Part shown: piece by piece, positions 27,757 through 37,336 of the stretch
Position numbering within the stretch: the stretch's first letter is position 1
Layout: each line of letters begins with the position of its first letter
Source of the DNA: a virus
Lineage: Duplodnaviria; Caudoviricetes
Length of the DNA: 56,737 nucleotides
IMG/VR virus record: IMGVR_UViG_3300013099_000004
Span: 1 to 56,737 of that record
Strand: one strand, 5' to 3'
Notes under the pieces: generated by a model
Databases searched by the model: none
Seen by the model: only the letters and a program-made list of their open reading frames with translations
Told to the model about the DNA's origin: nothing
Made by a program: the position numbers and the translations under genes

Positions 27757-27829
27757 ACCGGCCAGTTAAGTATGCAAGTATATGAATATCTATATATCTG
27801 AATACTTGCATTGTTACATGATACGGTTG

Positions 27830-27997
27830 TTATGGCGTGGTAAATTTACGGATAATTACACCTAACTGGTCTGTGTTGACAGAGTGCGTACATGTACCCT
27901 GCACCTTATCCTTGTCGTACCATACCATGCCACATCGGGTACATATATACACTCGATGACCGCTAAGGTCGTTAATTTTAATGATGTTATGTTCCAT
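27830..27997 (-). CDS. 55-aa Zn-ribbon-like protein (not in ORF track)
   Basis: GAGGA RBS; SGHRVYICTRCG. Confidence 0.65.
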   Translation of the reverse strand: MEHNIIKINDLSGHRVYICTRCGMVWYDKDKVQGTCTHSVNTDQLGVIIRKFTTP

Positions 27998-28020
27998 GAC
28001 TGATTCCTCTATATTTGGTT

Positions 28021-28055
28021 AAAGTAAAGCCGGAGCGTTGTAATAACTCCGGCTT
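28021..28055 (-). terminator. Putative intrinsic terminator
   Basis: AAGCCGGAG/CTCCGGCTT stem followed by TACTTT. Confidence 0.55.
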
Positions 28056-28088
28056 GTTGAACGATTTTAGCCCGATTGACCGGGTGTA

Positions 28089-28259
28089 CTACAGTGGTAA
28101 GGATAGTGACATATCATGCCCGCTTGCTTGCAGTTCCCTTAACTGGTCGTAATCGTACCGGGTAAGCGGCTTGTGTACTATCTGCATACAATCCCTGCAA
28201 TACGTTACTATACGGCCGCTCGGGAATGTAATCTGTCTTGTATGTTTATGTTTGCACAT
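28089..28259 (-). CDS. 56-aa Zn-ribbon-like protein (not in ORF track)
   Basis: AAGGA RBS; MCKH...SGRIVTYCRDC. Confidence 0.65.
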   Translation of the reverse strand: MCKHKHTRQITFPSGRIVTYCRDCMQIVHKPLTRYDYDQLRELQASGHDMSLSLPL

Positions 28260-28363
28260 GCTTGATTCCTTTCCTGTTTGCCTGCCTTACAAGGCAGGAC
28301 GCCGGCACTGCATAAGCAATACCGGCGCTTGATGATTGAATTGATCAGGTGTGCTAAAGCGGT

Positions 28364-28708
28364 TTAAATATAGTCAGCTGGATTGAAGCCCTCTGGCTTC
28401 ACCGTGCCGGTTTTGAATTTGCCGGCGTCAAGTTTTTCATATTCCTTGATAGCTTTTGTCAAGAGTTCGTGGATTGCCTTTGCCTTGTTCAGTTTTAGCC
28501 GCAAGAGTGTCTTCGTGTACGGCCTATCCTCGATCATCGAGGGGAACATATCGAACAGCACGATTTTCGGTGTTGTCTCGTCGTAGCTCCGAATATTGCA
28601 GGCCGTAACACCCCCGTTTTGATAGGTTTCCTTGAAGCCTATCGACTTGAGAACGACGTCAAGGTCTGGCTTGTAGTTACTCTGCTTCTTTGTTTTGCTC
28701 TTTGCCAT
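28364..28708 (-). CDS. early protein, possibly PC4/YdbC-like nucleic-acid binder
   Basis: AAGGAG RBS; NIRSYD..PKI.L...LRL...I.ELL.KA pattern; G/C-ending codons unlike the rest of the genome. Confidence 0.65.
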   Translation of the reverse strand: MAKSKTKKQSNYKPDLDVVLKSIGFKETYQNGGVTACNIRSYDETTPKIVLFDMFPSMIEDRPYTKTLLRLKLNKAKAIHELLTKAIKEYEKLDAGKFKTGTVKPEGFNPADYI

Positions 28709-28785
28709 CTTTCTGTCTCCTTATGTTTGTTACCCGGTCTGTTTTCCGTATATGCGTAACCGGTATATAGCATATACGTATATTA

Positions 28786-28941
28786 TTATTCAGCTATTAT
28801 CAATACACCAGTTGCAGTATTGTTATTAACATGTTTAATATCAACAGTAACTTTGCTATAATCAATAGCTTTACTGTTTAAATATCTTGCAATATCATTA
28901 ACTACTTTGTCAACACTGCCTTTAAATAATATACGTTTCAT
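28786..28941 (-). CDS. 51-aa first gene of the early arm (not in ORF track)
   Basis: AAGGGG RBS; MKRILFKGSVDKVVNDIARYL. Confidence 0.6.
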   Translation of the reverse strand: MKRILFKGSVDKVVNDIARYLNSKAIDYSKVTVDIKHVNNNTATGVLIIAE

Positions 28942-29006
28942 AATATTATCCCCTTATGTTATTATACCTATTATGCCCTGTCCGCTCTGGACACGCCTGT
29001 CTATAC

Positions 29007-29023
29007 AGCAAACGCCGTGCCAG
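29007..29023 (-). promoter_or_regulatory. sigma54 (RpoN) -24/-12 promoter
   Basis: CTGGCACGGCGTTTGCT matches YTGGCACG-N4-TTGCW; points into the early arm. Confidence 0.7.
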
Positions 29024-29411
29024 ACTTTTCAGCCCAGCTCTAACATCAATAAAAACAACACGTTAGCCCTTTATTACCTGCATGCAATCTTGCCATCCAG
29101 CTGGTCGATATCCGTACACCCTGTCCAGAAATCGGCCATGCCTATTTATCCACTCCGAACTAATATAGCAGGCTGGAACTCAACCGGCTCATGCCTGCCA
29201 GCATGCCTGCCCGGTATTCATTCAACCAGACTGGCCGGAAATTTACCGGCGCTAAGTTCAATAAAAAGAAGGCTTTATGATTTTTAACTAAAAACTTATA
29301 TACGAAATCCCAATTTTACGGGGGCGGGCGTTTGTATGGTATATACCTCTTTTAAAACAAACGTACTTTTCGTATTCCGTATAACAACATATCATTACGC
29401 AAGATATTGTC

Positions 29412-29440
29412 TTGCCTTATCTTGCTATTATACATATATT
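29412..29440 (+). promoter_or_regulatory. sigma70-type promoter of the virion arm
   Basis: TTGCCT-N17-TATATT; shares ATACATATATT with the 34776 promoter. Confidence 0.55.
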
Positions 29441-29534
29441 ATGTTGTGGATAACAACCTACTGTCTATAATTTGTATAGCAGTAACCATTAACCATGTAG
29501 AAGTGGAAAAGAAAAACAAGGAGGATAATATATC

Positions 29535-29885
29535 ATGCTTACTTCATTATTAATACTTGCCGTGTTATTTATATTGGTAGCTATAGCAGGCTGTTTTGAT
29601 AGCTTTAAGTTTTCCAATGATACGCTAGAGTTTACCGGGGATAAGCTCCAGCATGCTATTGGCTCTATTGCACTGTTCGTGTTGCTTGTTAGCATTATGC
29701 ATATCGGCACGTTGATTGCATATCAGTTAGTGTTTATTCTGGGCACACTATGGGAGATTAAAGACGGCTTCATGGATTACAAGAAATATGGTTGGATAGG
29801 GGGCGATGGTTTCTCTTATAACGATATTGCTTATGATATGCTTGGCGTCAGTCTGGTAATACTGATTAGCTATATAATGCACTAA
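29535..29885 (+). CDS. YfiM/DUF2279-like membrane (lipo)protein
   Basis: Lipobox IAGC; DKLQH...WEIKD...GFSYNDIAYDMLG. Confidence 0.7.
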   Translation: MLTSLLILAVLFILVAIAGCFDSFKFSNDTLEFTGDKLQHAIGSIALFVLLVSIMHIGTLIAYQLVFILGTLWEIKDGFMDYKKYGWIGGDGFSYNDIAYDMLGVSLVILISYIMH

Positions 29886-29897
29886 TAGGGGCAAGCT

Positions 29898-30635
29898 ATG
29901 TACACTAAGAGGATAAAGGGCGAGCTGAACTATATATTTGACAGTGTTGATGAGTTTGTACAACATTTCAGCCCTGATGTACCAGAGCTATGGGATAACT
30001 GGCGTGATGCCCCAGCCGGTGCTTGGGTTAAGTCAGATGACGGTAGAATATGCCAAATACTCTACAAAGGCACACTAGGTCGTCATACAGTAATACGTAC
30101 TATACTAGGTATGTATAACTGCACCTCTAAGACAGAATATTTGGATACTGACCCTAAACTACATAGAGACAGGTTCAGCTTTGGGCGTGCTAAATATGAA
30201 AAGGATTATATAACTGCTGCCGAAAAACGTTGGGTACACTTTATGATGAACGGCGCAGAGCCCATAGTAGCATATAAGATGGCTTTCCCTAAAGCTAAAT
30301 CAGAGAAGTATATACATAAAAGGGTGCATAACTTATTAACATCAAGGAGATTTAAAATGGCTATGAAACGTGAGGCTAAAGAGGCAGCTGATAAACTTGG
30401 CGTAAGTGCCGAATATGTAATAAAAGGCTTTAAGAAAATGCACGAACAAGCCACTAACGAAAAATATAGATTAGACGCACTTAAAGAGCTTGCCAAGATA
30501 GCTGACATATATCCTGACGAACCTATAACTAAAGGACTTCCTATACCCCAAGGAGGTATAATAGACGCAGTAGAACTTGACAATATTAATAATGAAATGA
30601 TAACTGCCCCTGAAGCCCCGAAGCTAACATCATAA
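29898..30635 (+). CDS. terS: terminase small subunit
   Basis: AYKMAF.A...LL, LGVSAEYVI..., RLDALKELAK; upstream of terL. Confidence 0.75.
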   Translation: MYTKRIKGELNYIFDSVDEFVQHFSPDVPELWDNWRDAPAGAWVKSDDGRICQILYKGTLGRHTVIRTILGMYNCTSKTEYLDTDPKLHRDRFSFGRAKYEKDYITAAEKRWVHFMMNGAEPIVAYKMAFPKAKSEKYIHKRVHNLLTSRRFKMAMKREAKEAADKLGVSAEYVIKGFKKMHEQATNEKYRLDALKELAKIADIYPDEPITKGLPIPQGGIIDAVELDNINNEMITAPEAPKLTS

Positions 30636-30660
30636 CTTATTATATGAAGGGAGGCTTATC

Positions 30661-30831
30661 ATGCCTAAGAAGTTAGAACGTAAACTTAAAAAGGAAGCCA
30701 AGAAGAAAGGGCTTACTGGCAAACGTGCAGACAGATACGTATATGGTACTATGCGTAAACTTGGTTGGAAGCCTAGCAGAGAGAAGAAACAAACAAGAAA
30801 GCATGTTAAAAAAGCACGCAGAAAGAAATAA
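30661..30831 (+). CDS. 56-aa highly basic protein (not in ORF track)
   Basis: GGGAGG RBS; MPKKLERKLKKEAKKKGLTGKRADRYVYGTMRKLGWKP...; TAATG-coupled to terL. Confidence 0.8.
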   Translation: MPKKLERKLKKEAKKKGLTGKRADRYVYGTMRKLGWKPSREKKQTRKHVKKARRKK

Positions 30832-32474
30832 TGGTAAGCACTTTCAACATAATTGCCCCGCCAAGGCAACTAGCCCAGGAAGAACAAGTATTAGAAACTG
30901 GCCGTAGTAACCTTATTGCATTCGGCAAGCTATTCCTACCTGGCGACTTCAAGAAAACTAAAACCCCGTTCTTCCACTACGAGATAGGCGAAGCATATAT
31001 AGATAATACTATACGCCAACTTGCGGTAATAATAGCTCGTGGCCATGGCAAAACAGTACTTACTAAAGCATTCCTACTGCATACAATAGTCTATTATAGT
31101 CAAAAAGACGGACCTCCTCCACTAATGGCCTGGATAGCAGATACCATAGATAAAGTCTATAATAACATGGACTATATCGATAAACAAATACGCTTTAACC
31201 CTAGAATACGCCGTTACTTTGGTGACCTGTCAGGTAAGAAGCGAGGGCTTAAATGGTCAGAACACTATAAAGAGTTTACAAATGGTATAGCCTTAATATC
31301 ACGTTCTAATACAAAAGGAGTACGTGGTGAATCTAAAGGTAACATGCTAGGAGGTTCAGAGCGTTTCCATCTTATTGTACTTGACGATATAGAGAATGAA
31401 AAGAATACTATAACCCATGAAGCTCGTGAATACATTAAGCGTGAAGTTACTAATGCTATATTCCCTGCACTAGAACCTAATAAGGGTCGTCTTATTTTTA
31501 ACGGAACTCCAGTACATAATGACTCTCTGTGCCAGAACATTCTCGATGGTTGGAACAAGTCAATCCGTGACGGTACAACAGACAGCTACTCCTGGAAAGT
31601 AATTACTTATAGTGCTACCCAGCCTAATATGCCTGGCGGGGTATTATGGCCTGACTATTTCCCAAAAGAACGTCTTGAAGAACGTCGTAAATTCTATATA
31701 GATACAGTAGGCTCAGATGCAGGCTACTACCAGGAATATGAGCTTAAAGTGGTTAGTGACGCTACTCGCATCTGGAGTAGAGACCATTACAAGATACATA
31801 ATACTACGTACTATTATGATGACGAATTACAACATTCATTCCTTCTTACAGAATTAGGTGTAAAGATACCAGTCAATTGCTTCTTAGGTTGTGACCCAGC
31901 TACGGATATAACTACTAACGATAGTGACCTTAGCTCCATACTAGTAATAGCTGTAGATAGTAGTACGAATATTTACGTACTGGAATACAAGGCAGAGCTT
32001 GGAATGAAGGAAGTAGCAATATATGACATTGAAGGAAACAAGCTAACAGACAATGGAGTAGTGGAAACCATAGTCTCTTTATATGACTCTTACCATTGTA
32101 TAAACGGCACGTTAGAAGATGTAGGCATGACACGTGGTGTATGGACAAACCTTGACGCCTACAAAGTACGTAATAACAGGTTCGACCTGACTATAATACC
32201 TGAAGCTCCACAAGGCAGAGAAAAACTTAGTAAGATACAAGCAGGCTTAGGGCCTCATTTCTCTCATCGCCGTATATTCTTAAGAGAAGATATGTATGAC
32301 TTAAGGGAGCAGATAGAATCATTTGGTAAGTCAATGGCCCATGACGACATAATAGAGTCTTTATACTTTGCATGCAAAAATATGTATCCACCTAAAGACC
32401 TTGAATATAAAAATGGTGTATTCCGCCGTAAACGCACCTTCTTTAAACGTCGTAAATCATGGATAACTTTATAA
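30831..32474 (+). CDS. terL: terminase large subunit
   Basis: ARGHGKT, LIVLDDIE, NGTP, GCDPA, HDDIIES. Confidence 0.95.
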   Translation: MVSTFNIIAPPRQLAQEEQVLETGRSNLIAFGKLFLPGDFKKTKTPFFHYEIGEAYIDNTIRQLAVIIARGHGKTVLTKAFLLHTIVYYSQKDGPPPLMAWIADTIDKVYNNMDYIDKQIRFNPRIRRYFGDLSGKKRGLKWSEHYKEFTNGIALISRSNTKGVRGESKGNMLGGSERFHLIVLDDIENEKNTITHEAREYIKREVTNAIFPALEPNKGRLIFNGTPVHNDSLCQNILDGWNKSIRDGTTDSYSWKVITYSATQPNMPGGVLWPDYFPKERLEERRKFYIDTVGSDAGYYQEYELKVVSDATRIWSRDHYKIHNTTYYYDDELQHSFLLTELGVKIPVNCFLGCDPATDITTNDSDLSSILVIAVDSSTNIYVLEYKAELGMKEVAIYDIEGNKLTDNGVVETIVSLYDSYHCINGTLEDVGMTRGVWTNLDAYKVRNNRFDLTIIPEAPQGREKLSKIQAGLGPHFSHRRIFLREDMYDLREQIESFGKSMAHDDIIESLYFACKNMYPPKDLEYKNGVFRRKRTFFKRRKSWITL

Positions 32475-32492
32475 TATGAAAGGAGATTAGTA

Positions 32493-34766
32493 ATGCCTGA
32501 AAAGAAGAAAAATACCAAGAGGGATAAGGCTATGTCTAACTATACCTTATTCCAAAGGTTACGTAGTGGGGCATGGGTAAAATGGCGTAGAGACAGCCAA
32601 CAGTCTTATGACTTCTCACTAGGAGACCAGCTTACTAAACAGGAGCTTGACGACTTAAAACACGCAGGTATGCCTACCTTTACAGTAGATAAGATAAGCC
32701 AGTCTATAGAAGTCTTAAAGTACTTTATAACAGCTAATAACCCTGAGTTCCAAGCTATAGGTACTGAACTTAGTGATGACCGTTTAGCTAAAGTACATCA
32801 AGCTGTCTTAAAGCATATCATGTATATATCTGGTTTTAAAGGTGTATTTGGCAATGTGGTCAATGACGCACTTACTAAGTCAGTCGGCTTCCTGATGTGC
32901 TATATAGACCCAGACCTTGATAATGGTAATGGTGAAGTAGTCATTAAAAGCCTTAACCCATGGGATGTATATGTTGACCCCTCAACAGTTGACATTATGT
33001 ATCGTGATGCAGAATACATATTAATACATAAAGTATTTACCAAGAATACCCTTGTCAACATGCTACCTCAGTTTAAGAGTAAAATACTAAATGCAAAACA
33101 CGGCTCTATCTATTATAGCGATTACTCAGGCAAGGATTCTGACAATAGTAACTCAATACAGCCATGGGAAATATCAAATATAGTAGATAAAGAGGGTTCT
33201 ACTGAAGAACGTATAGACTATTACGAGAAATACTTTAAAAAACGTGTACAGTACTGGACTATTACTTTACGTGAGCAGCTTGATGAAACTCAAATGGAAC
33301 GTGTAAATAAGCAGATAGAAGCAGACCTTGCAGAATATCAGCAAGCCTTAGCCTCTGATGTTGAAGATAAGTCTATAGAAATAAATGATGCCCTTAAACG
33401 TGGTGATATATCAAAGGAACGTGCTCAGTTTGAGCTTAAAAAGCTACAAGAGCAAGCAGCTAAGGCAGTAGAGCAACGACGTAATGAGCTTGTTAATCAA
33501 GTAATTGCAGCAGTAAGTAAAACAGAAATACGTGTTGTAAGCGATGACGAATATAAAATACTAATCAAGAACAAAGACATCAAAGAACGTATAGTAAATG
33601 CAGTACAGTATTGGGAAACACGTATAGGAGTAATAGCTTCAGTAGGCGGAGATACATTCCTGTATGAAGCTACCTTGCCGATAAGTGAGTATCCTATAGT
33701 GCCTGTACCTTATACCCATACCGGTACTCCATATCCGATGTCAGCAGTACGTAAAGTCGTTGGTAAACAGCAGGAAGTAAATAAGACTCACCAGCTTATG
33801 GTATATAATGCAACATTAGGCTCGTCATTAAGATGGCTTCACGAAAAGGGAGCTATACCTAACGAGGATGAGTGGGACGCAACAGCTTCAATACCAGGTT
33901 CAAGGCTTGAATATAATAAAGGCTTTACTCCGCCAGTGCCAGTTCAGCCTATGCAGCTTAGTACTGCATTCTATGAAATAGCTACTAAAGGCGAACGTGA
34001 TATAGAGGAAGGGCTTGGGGTATCTCCATTCAGTATGGGTACTGAAGTACCAGCTCATATACCATATCGTGGTATGCTGCAATGGGATGAAGCTTCAACA
34101 CGTAGAATACGTGCTTGGGTAACTAATACATTAGAGCCAGCCCTTGAACACTTTGGCAAGGTAGTTACTCAGCTTGCCCAATACCACTACGACACAGAAA
34201 AAGTAATACGTCTTGTTGACCCAGATACAAACAACGTAGAAGAGTATAAGATAAACGTACCTGTTTATGACTCATTAGGCTCAGTAGTATCACGTTATAA
34301 TGATTACCAGTCAACACGCTTTGATATTCGTATAGTATCAGGTTCTACCTTGCCGAGGAATAGACGTATGGAAGCTGCCGAAGTAATGGAATATTACAAG
34401 CTAGGTGCGGTTGACGATATAGCATTACTTACTACATCTACGATACCTGACAAGGAAGCTATTATAGCAAGGAAGTCTATGTATGCTCACCTTAAAGGTA
34501 TTAATGACGCCCTTGAAAAACAGGTAAAAGAGATGGCCGGTACTATAGAAACCCTTAAACGACAGCTTGTACAAGCCGGCATTAAGGTTAAAGTTAAAGA
34601 AGTTGACGCTGAGCTTAGCAAGATAGTATCTGACCATAAGGCAGCCTTGAGAGCAGCCGAAGCTCGTTATCGTATGGAACTACGTGCTGCCGGAGCTGAA
34701 GCTAAACATAATGCTAAAAATAAGGAGGTAGAAGAAAAGGCTAAAAAGACAAGTAACAATAAATAA
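32493..34766 (+). CDS. portal protein (P22-like) with internal and C-terminal coiled coils
   Basis: GDQLT, YIDP, PWDVYVDP, YPIVP, QQEVNK; follows terL. Confidence 0.9.
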   Translation: MPEKKKNTKRDKAMSNYTLFQRLRSGAWVKWRRDSQQSYDFSLGDQLTKQELDDLKHAGMPTFTVDKISQSIEVLKYFITANNPEFQAIGTELSDDRLAKVHQAVLKHIMYISGFKGVFGNVVNDALTKSVGFLMCYIDPDLDNGNGEVVIKSLNPWDVYVDPSTVDIMYRDAEYILIHKVFTKNTLVNMLPQFKSKILNAKHGSIYYSDYSGKDSDNSNSIQPWEISNIVDKEGSTEERIDYYEKYFKKRVQYWTITLREQLDETQMERVNKQIEADLAEYQQALASDVEDKSIEINDALKRGDISKERAQFELKKLQEQAAKAVEQRRNELVNQVIAAVSKTEIRVVSDDEYKILIKNKDIKERIVNAVQYWETRIGVIASVGGDTFLYEATLPISEYPIVPVPYTHTGTPYPMSAVRKVVGKQQEVNKTHQLMVYNATLGSSLRWLHEKGAIPNEDEWDATASIPGSRLEYNKGFTPPVPVQPMQLSTAFYEIATKGERDIEEGLGVSPFSMGTEVPAHIPYRGMLQWDEASTRRIRAWVTNTLEPALEHFGKVVTQLAQYHYDTEKVIRLVDPDTNNVEEYKINVPVYDSLGSVVSRYNDYQSTRFDIRIVSGSTLPRNRRMEAAEVMEYYKLGAVDDIALLTTSTIPDKEAIIARKSMYAHLKGINDALEKQVKEMAGTIETLKRQLVQAGIKVKVKEVDAELSKIVSDHKAALRAAEARYRMELRAAGAEAKHNAKNKEVEEKAKKTSNNK

Positions 34767-34775
34767 AATAGTTAC

Positions 34776-34803
34776 TTGACATACAGTAATATATACATAT
34801 ATT
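34776..34803 (+). promoter_or_regulatory. sigma70-type promoter for scaffold/capsid genes
   Basis: TTGACA-N16-TATATT. Confidence 0.65.
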
Positions 34804-34833
34804 GATTTTAGAATTTAACAATAGGAGGTAATT

Positions 34834-35730
34834 ATGTCAGACTTTACAACGGATAAAGGTACAGCCCAAAAGGATGTATCTCCCGTAGCCACAGTTTCTG
34901 GTGATAATGACACCAAAAGTGTTACTACTATAACACCAGAACCTGTTGATGACAACAAAAGACAGGATAAGTACACAACAGAGGAACTGTTAAAGCTCTA
35001 TTCCGAATCTTCTAAGGAAGGTAAAAGATTACATGCTTTAACTAAAGAGCAGGAAGCCCGAATAAAGGAACTAGAAGATACTGTTAATACTTTATCAACT
35101 AAGTATCAGGAAGTTGAACCTTGGGCAAAAGCTCTTGAAAATCCAGATTTTGTTAGGTACATCAGTAACTATGACCCCCAAAAGGGGAGTGCTGATACCA
35201 CAACTAACAGTAACGATTACGGTTTAGGGGATAATTTCGAGGACTTTGAACCTCGTGATATGTTTAATCCCAACACTCCATCAGGAAAGTTCTTTGCAGA
35301 TATTGTATCACAGCAGGTAAAAACAGTTCTTAACAAAGAATTGTCTGTGCGTGACCAACAGATGCAACAGAAAGAACTACAGGAAAAGGCTGCTATGGAA
35401 ATAGAACGTCAAATTAATGACTTCATTAAGGACAACCCACATATTAACCGAGAAGAAGTAGAAGCTGCTTTAGAAGCTGCCAAAAGCAGACCTCTTACAG
35501 TAGCTGACATTTACTACACAATTAACAGGGATAAAATTAATGAAGATATAAGGCGTTCTACATTAGAGGAAATACAGAATAAACGTCAAAAGACTATTTC
35601 TACTCCTTATCCATTAGCAGTGAGTGCTTCAAGTGATGATGGCAGTGCAGATAAAGACCCCTCTGACCGTATGTATGACATACTCTCAAGGAATTTGAAT
35701 GTACTCGGTATTGTACCTGAAGCTACGTAA
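34834..35730 (+). CDS. scaffolding protein
   Basis: YSESSKEGKRL plus coiled coils; lies between portal and MCP. Confidence 0.8.
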   Translation: MSDFTTDKGTAQKDVSPVATVSGDNDTKSVTTITPEPVDDNKRQDKYTTEELLKLYSESSKEGKRLHALTKEQEARIKELEDTVNTLSTKYQEVEPWAKALENPDFVRYISNYDPQKGSADTTTNSNDYGLGDNFEDFEPRDMFNPNTPSGKFFADIVSQQVKTVLNKELSVRDQQMQQKELQEKAAMEIERQINDFIKDNPHINREEVEAALEAAKSRPLTVADIYYTINRDKINEDIRRSTLEEIQNKRQKTISTPYPLAVSASSDDGSADKDPSDRMYDILSRNLNVLGIVPEAT

Positions 35731-35776
35731 TCTAATACGATAGCCTCCTGTACAGTACTATATTAAGGAGGTTAAT

Positions 35777-37309
35777 ATGACTACACCTTACACTGCTTCT
35801 GATTTTAACGTAACTGATAACGATAGTACGTTAAACGTTGGCGACCTTCGGCGTGGTTACGCATTTACGTCATCTAAGCTTGCTACTCTCAATGTAGCAC
35901 AGGATAGACTGTTCCATATTTTGGCTACTATGCGTAACGAGCCTACACCTGATTCTCAGTTTAAGATTACTGAGGAGCGCCCCTTTCACTGGCGTAGATA
36001 TGGGTTTGTAACAGGATGGAAAACATGGAGTGGTTCAGGTAGCGTACCTGTAACAGGCTATACTGAAGACTCTTCTGATATATCTTCACTTGCACCGCAG
36101 ACCCAGGGTTCTTACATGGCATTTAAAGTAGGAACTGACTATAAATCTGAAGGTAATGTAGGAAACGTATTTGGTCAGTCCAACAACGAAATTACTATAG
36201 GGGATAATGGAACTTGTCCTATCTTCTTTACTAAGAATCAGATAGTTAAAATCTGTACTTCAAGTGCAGTAACTGATAAACTCCCCGACGATTATTTCAC
36301 AGCTAAAATACTTGATGTTCAGACATCTGGTAATTATGCCTATATAGGAGTCGAGGTAGTAAGACCACTTACCGCTGCTGCAAATAAGCACTTATGCTCC
36401 TTTGTTGCAGCCGATACCCCAATATCTGAGACTTATACTTACGCCCACGGTACTACTGTAGGCGATACAAAGAAAATATTGGACGGTATGAAGATTACTG
36501 TAGTGGGTAACGCATATGCCCCTGGAAGTGGTCTTCCTGATTACTACAATGACCAGCCTTTCAGTACTCGTTATGGCTATACTATGATTCTTAAGTGTGC
36601 TTACGGTATGGATAATACTGCTCGTGCAACAGAATACAAGATAGTTAAGAACGAGTTTGAGCGTAACTGGACTAGAACCCTTATGGCCTTTAAGTGGGAT
36701 ATAGCTCAGGAAATCTACTTCTCCTCATTATACAGAGAATCTGATGGTACACAGCATACACAGGGTATTGTGGACTGGGCAATTAACTATGGTAATGTAT
36801 TCTCTATGGATTCTACCAAGTCTGAAGACGACTTCTTAGAGGACTTCTCTACACTTCTTGACCCAAGGTTTAATCCTATTAGTAATTACCTGTTTGTAGT
36901 ACCTACTTACTGGTTTAACTTCTTCTTCAAGCTTGGCAGTGGCGGATACCATTATAATACTCTCATGCTTGGTAATGCTACAGATAACCGTGGTGCTCTC
37001 TATGGTATTAACTTCGCAGGTAAAGCAAGAATAGGTAATGCTCAGATATTCCAGTATTCAACATATCATGGTACTATTAACGTTATGGAAGACATCCATC
37101 TTAATGGTACTCCTATAAAGATGCTTGCTATTCCTATGAACAATATCAAGTATCGTCCTCTTAAGGGCAATGGAATTGACCGTGACGTTTACATTATAGA
37201 AGGAATACAGACCTTAGAGAAAACAGGTATTGATGCATTTGTAAACCATGGTATTGTCGAGTTTGGTATTGAAACCACACTGCCTGAAACTTGGGGAATT
37301 TGGTTATAA
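35777..37309 (+). CDS. major capsid protein (HK97 fold, with insertion)
   Basis: Position, strong RBS, GDLRR, TARAT, KWDIAQEIYF, HTQGIV, YRPL.GNG. Confidence 0.88.
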   Translation: MTTPYTASDFNVTDNDSTLNVGDLRRGYAFTSSKLATLNVAQDRLFHILATMRNEPTPDSQFKITEERPFHWRRYGFVTGWKTWSGSGSVPVTGYTEDSSDISSLAPQTQGSYMAFKVGTDYKSEGNVGNVFGQSNNEITIGDNGTCPIFFTKNQIVKICTSSAVTDKLPDDYFTAKILDVQTSGNYAYIGVEVVRPLTAAANKHLCSFVAADTPISETYTYAHGTTVGDTKKILDGMKITVVGNAYAPGSGLPDYYNDQPFSTRYGYTMILKCAYGMDNTARATEYKIVKNEFERNWTRTLMAFKWDIAQEIYFSSLYRESDGTQHTQGIVDWAINYGNVFSMDSTKSEDDFLEDFSTLLDPRFNPISNYLFVVPTYWFNFFFKLGSGGYHYNTLMLGNATDNRGALYGINFAGKARIGNAQIFQYSTYHGTINVMEDIHLNGTPIKMLAIPMNNIKYRPLKGNGIDRDVYIIEGIQTLEKTGIDAFVNHGIVEFGIETTLPETWGIWL

Positions 37310-37336
37310 CAATAAAGCCCTTTAAGGAGGTTAATT

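Noticed and set aside
29080-29100. Second sigma54 promoter
   Set aside because: GG-GC spacing is off by one base
28907-29287. 126-aa plus-strand ORF
   Set aside because: TTG start, no SD, and it overlaps the regulatory repeats and sigma54 site
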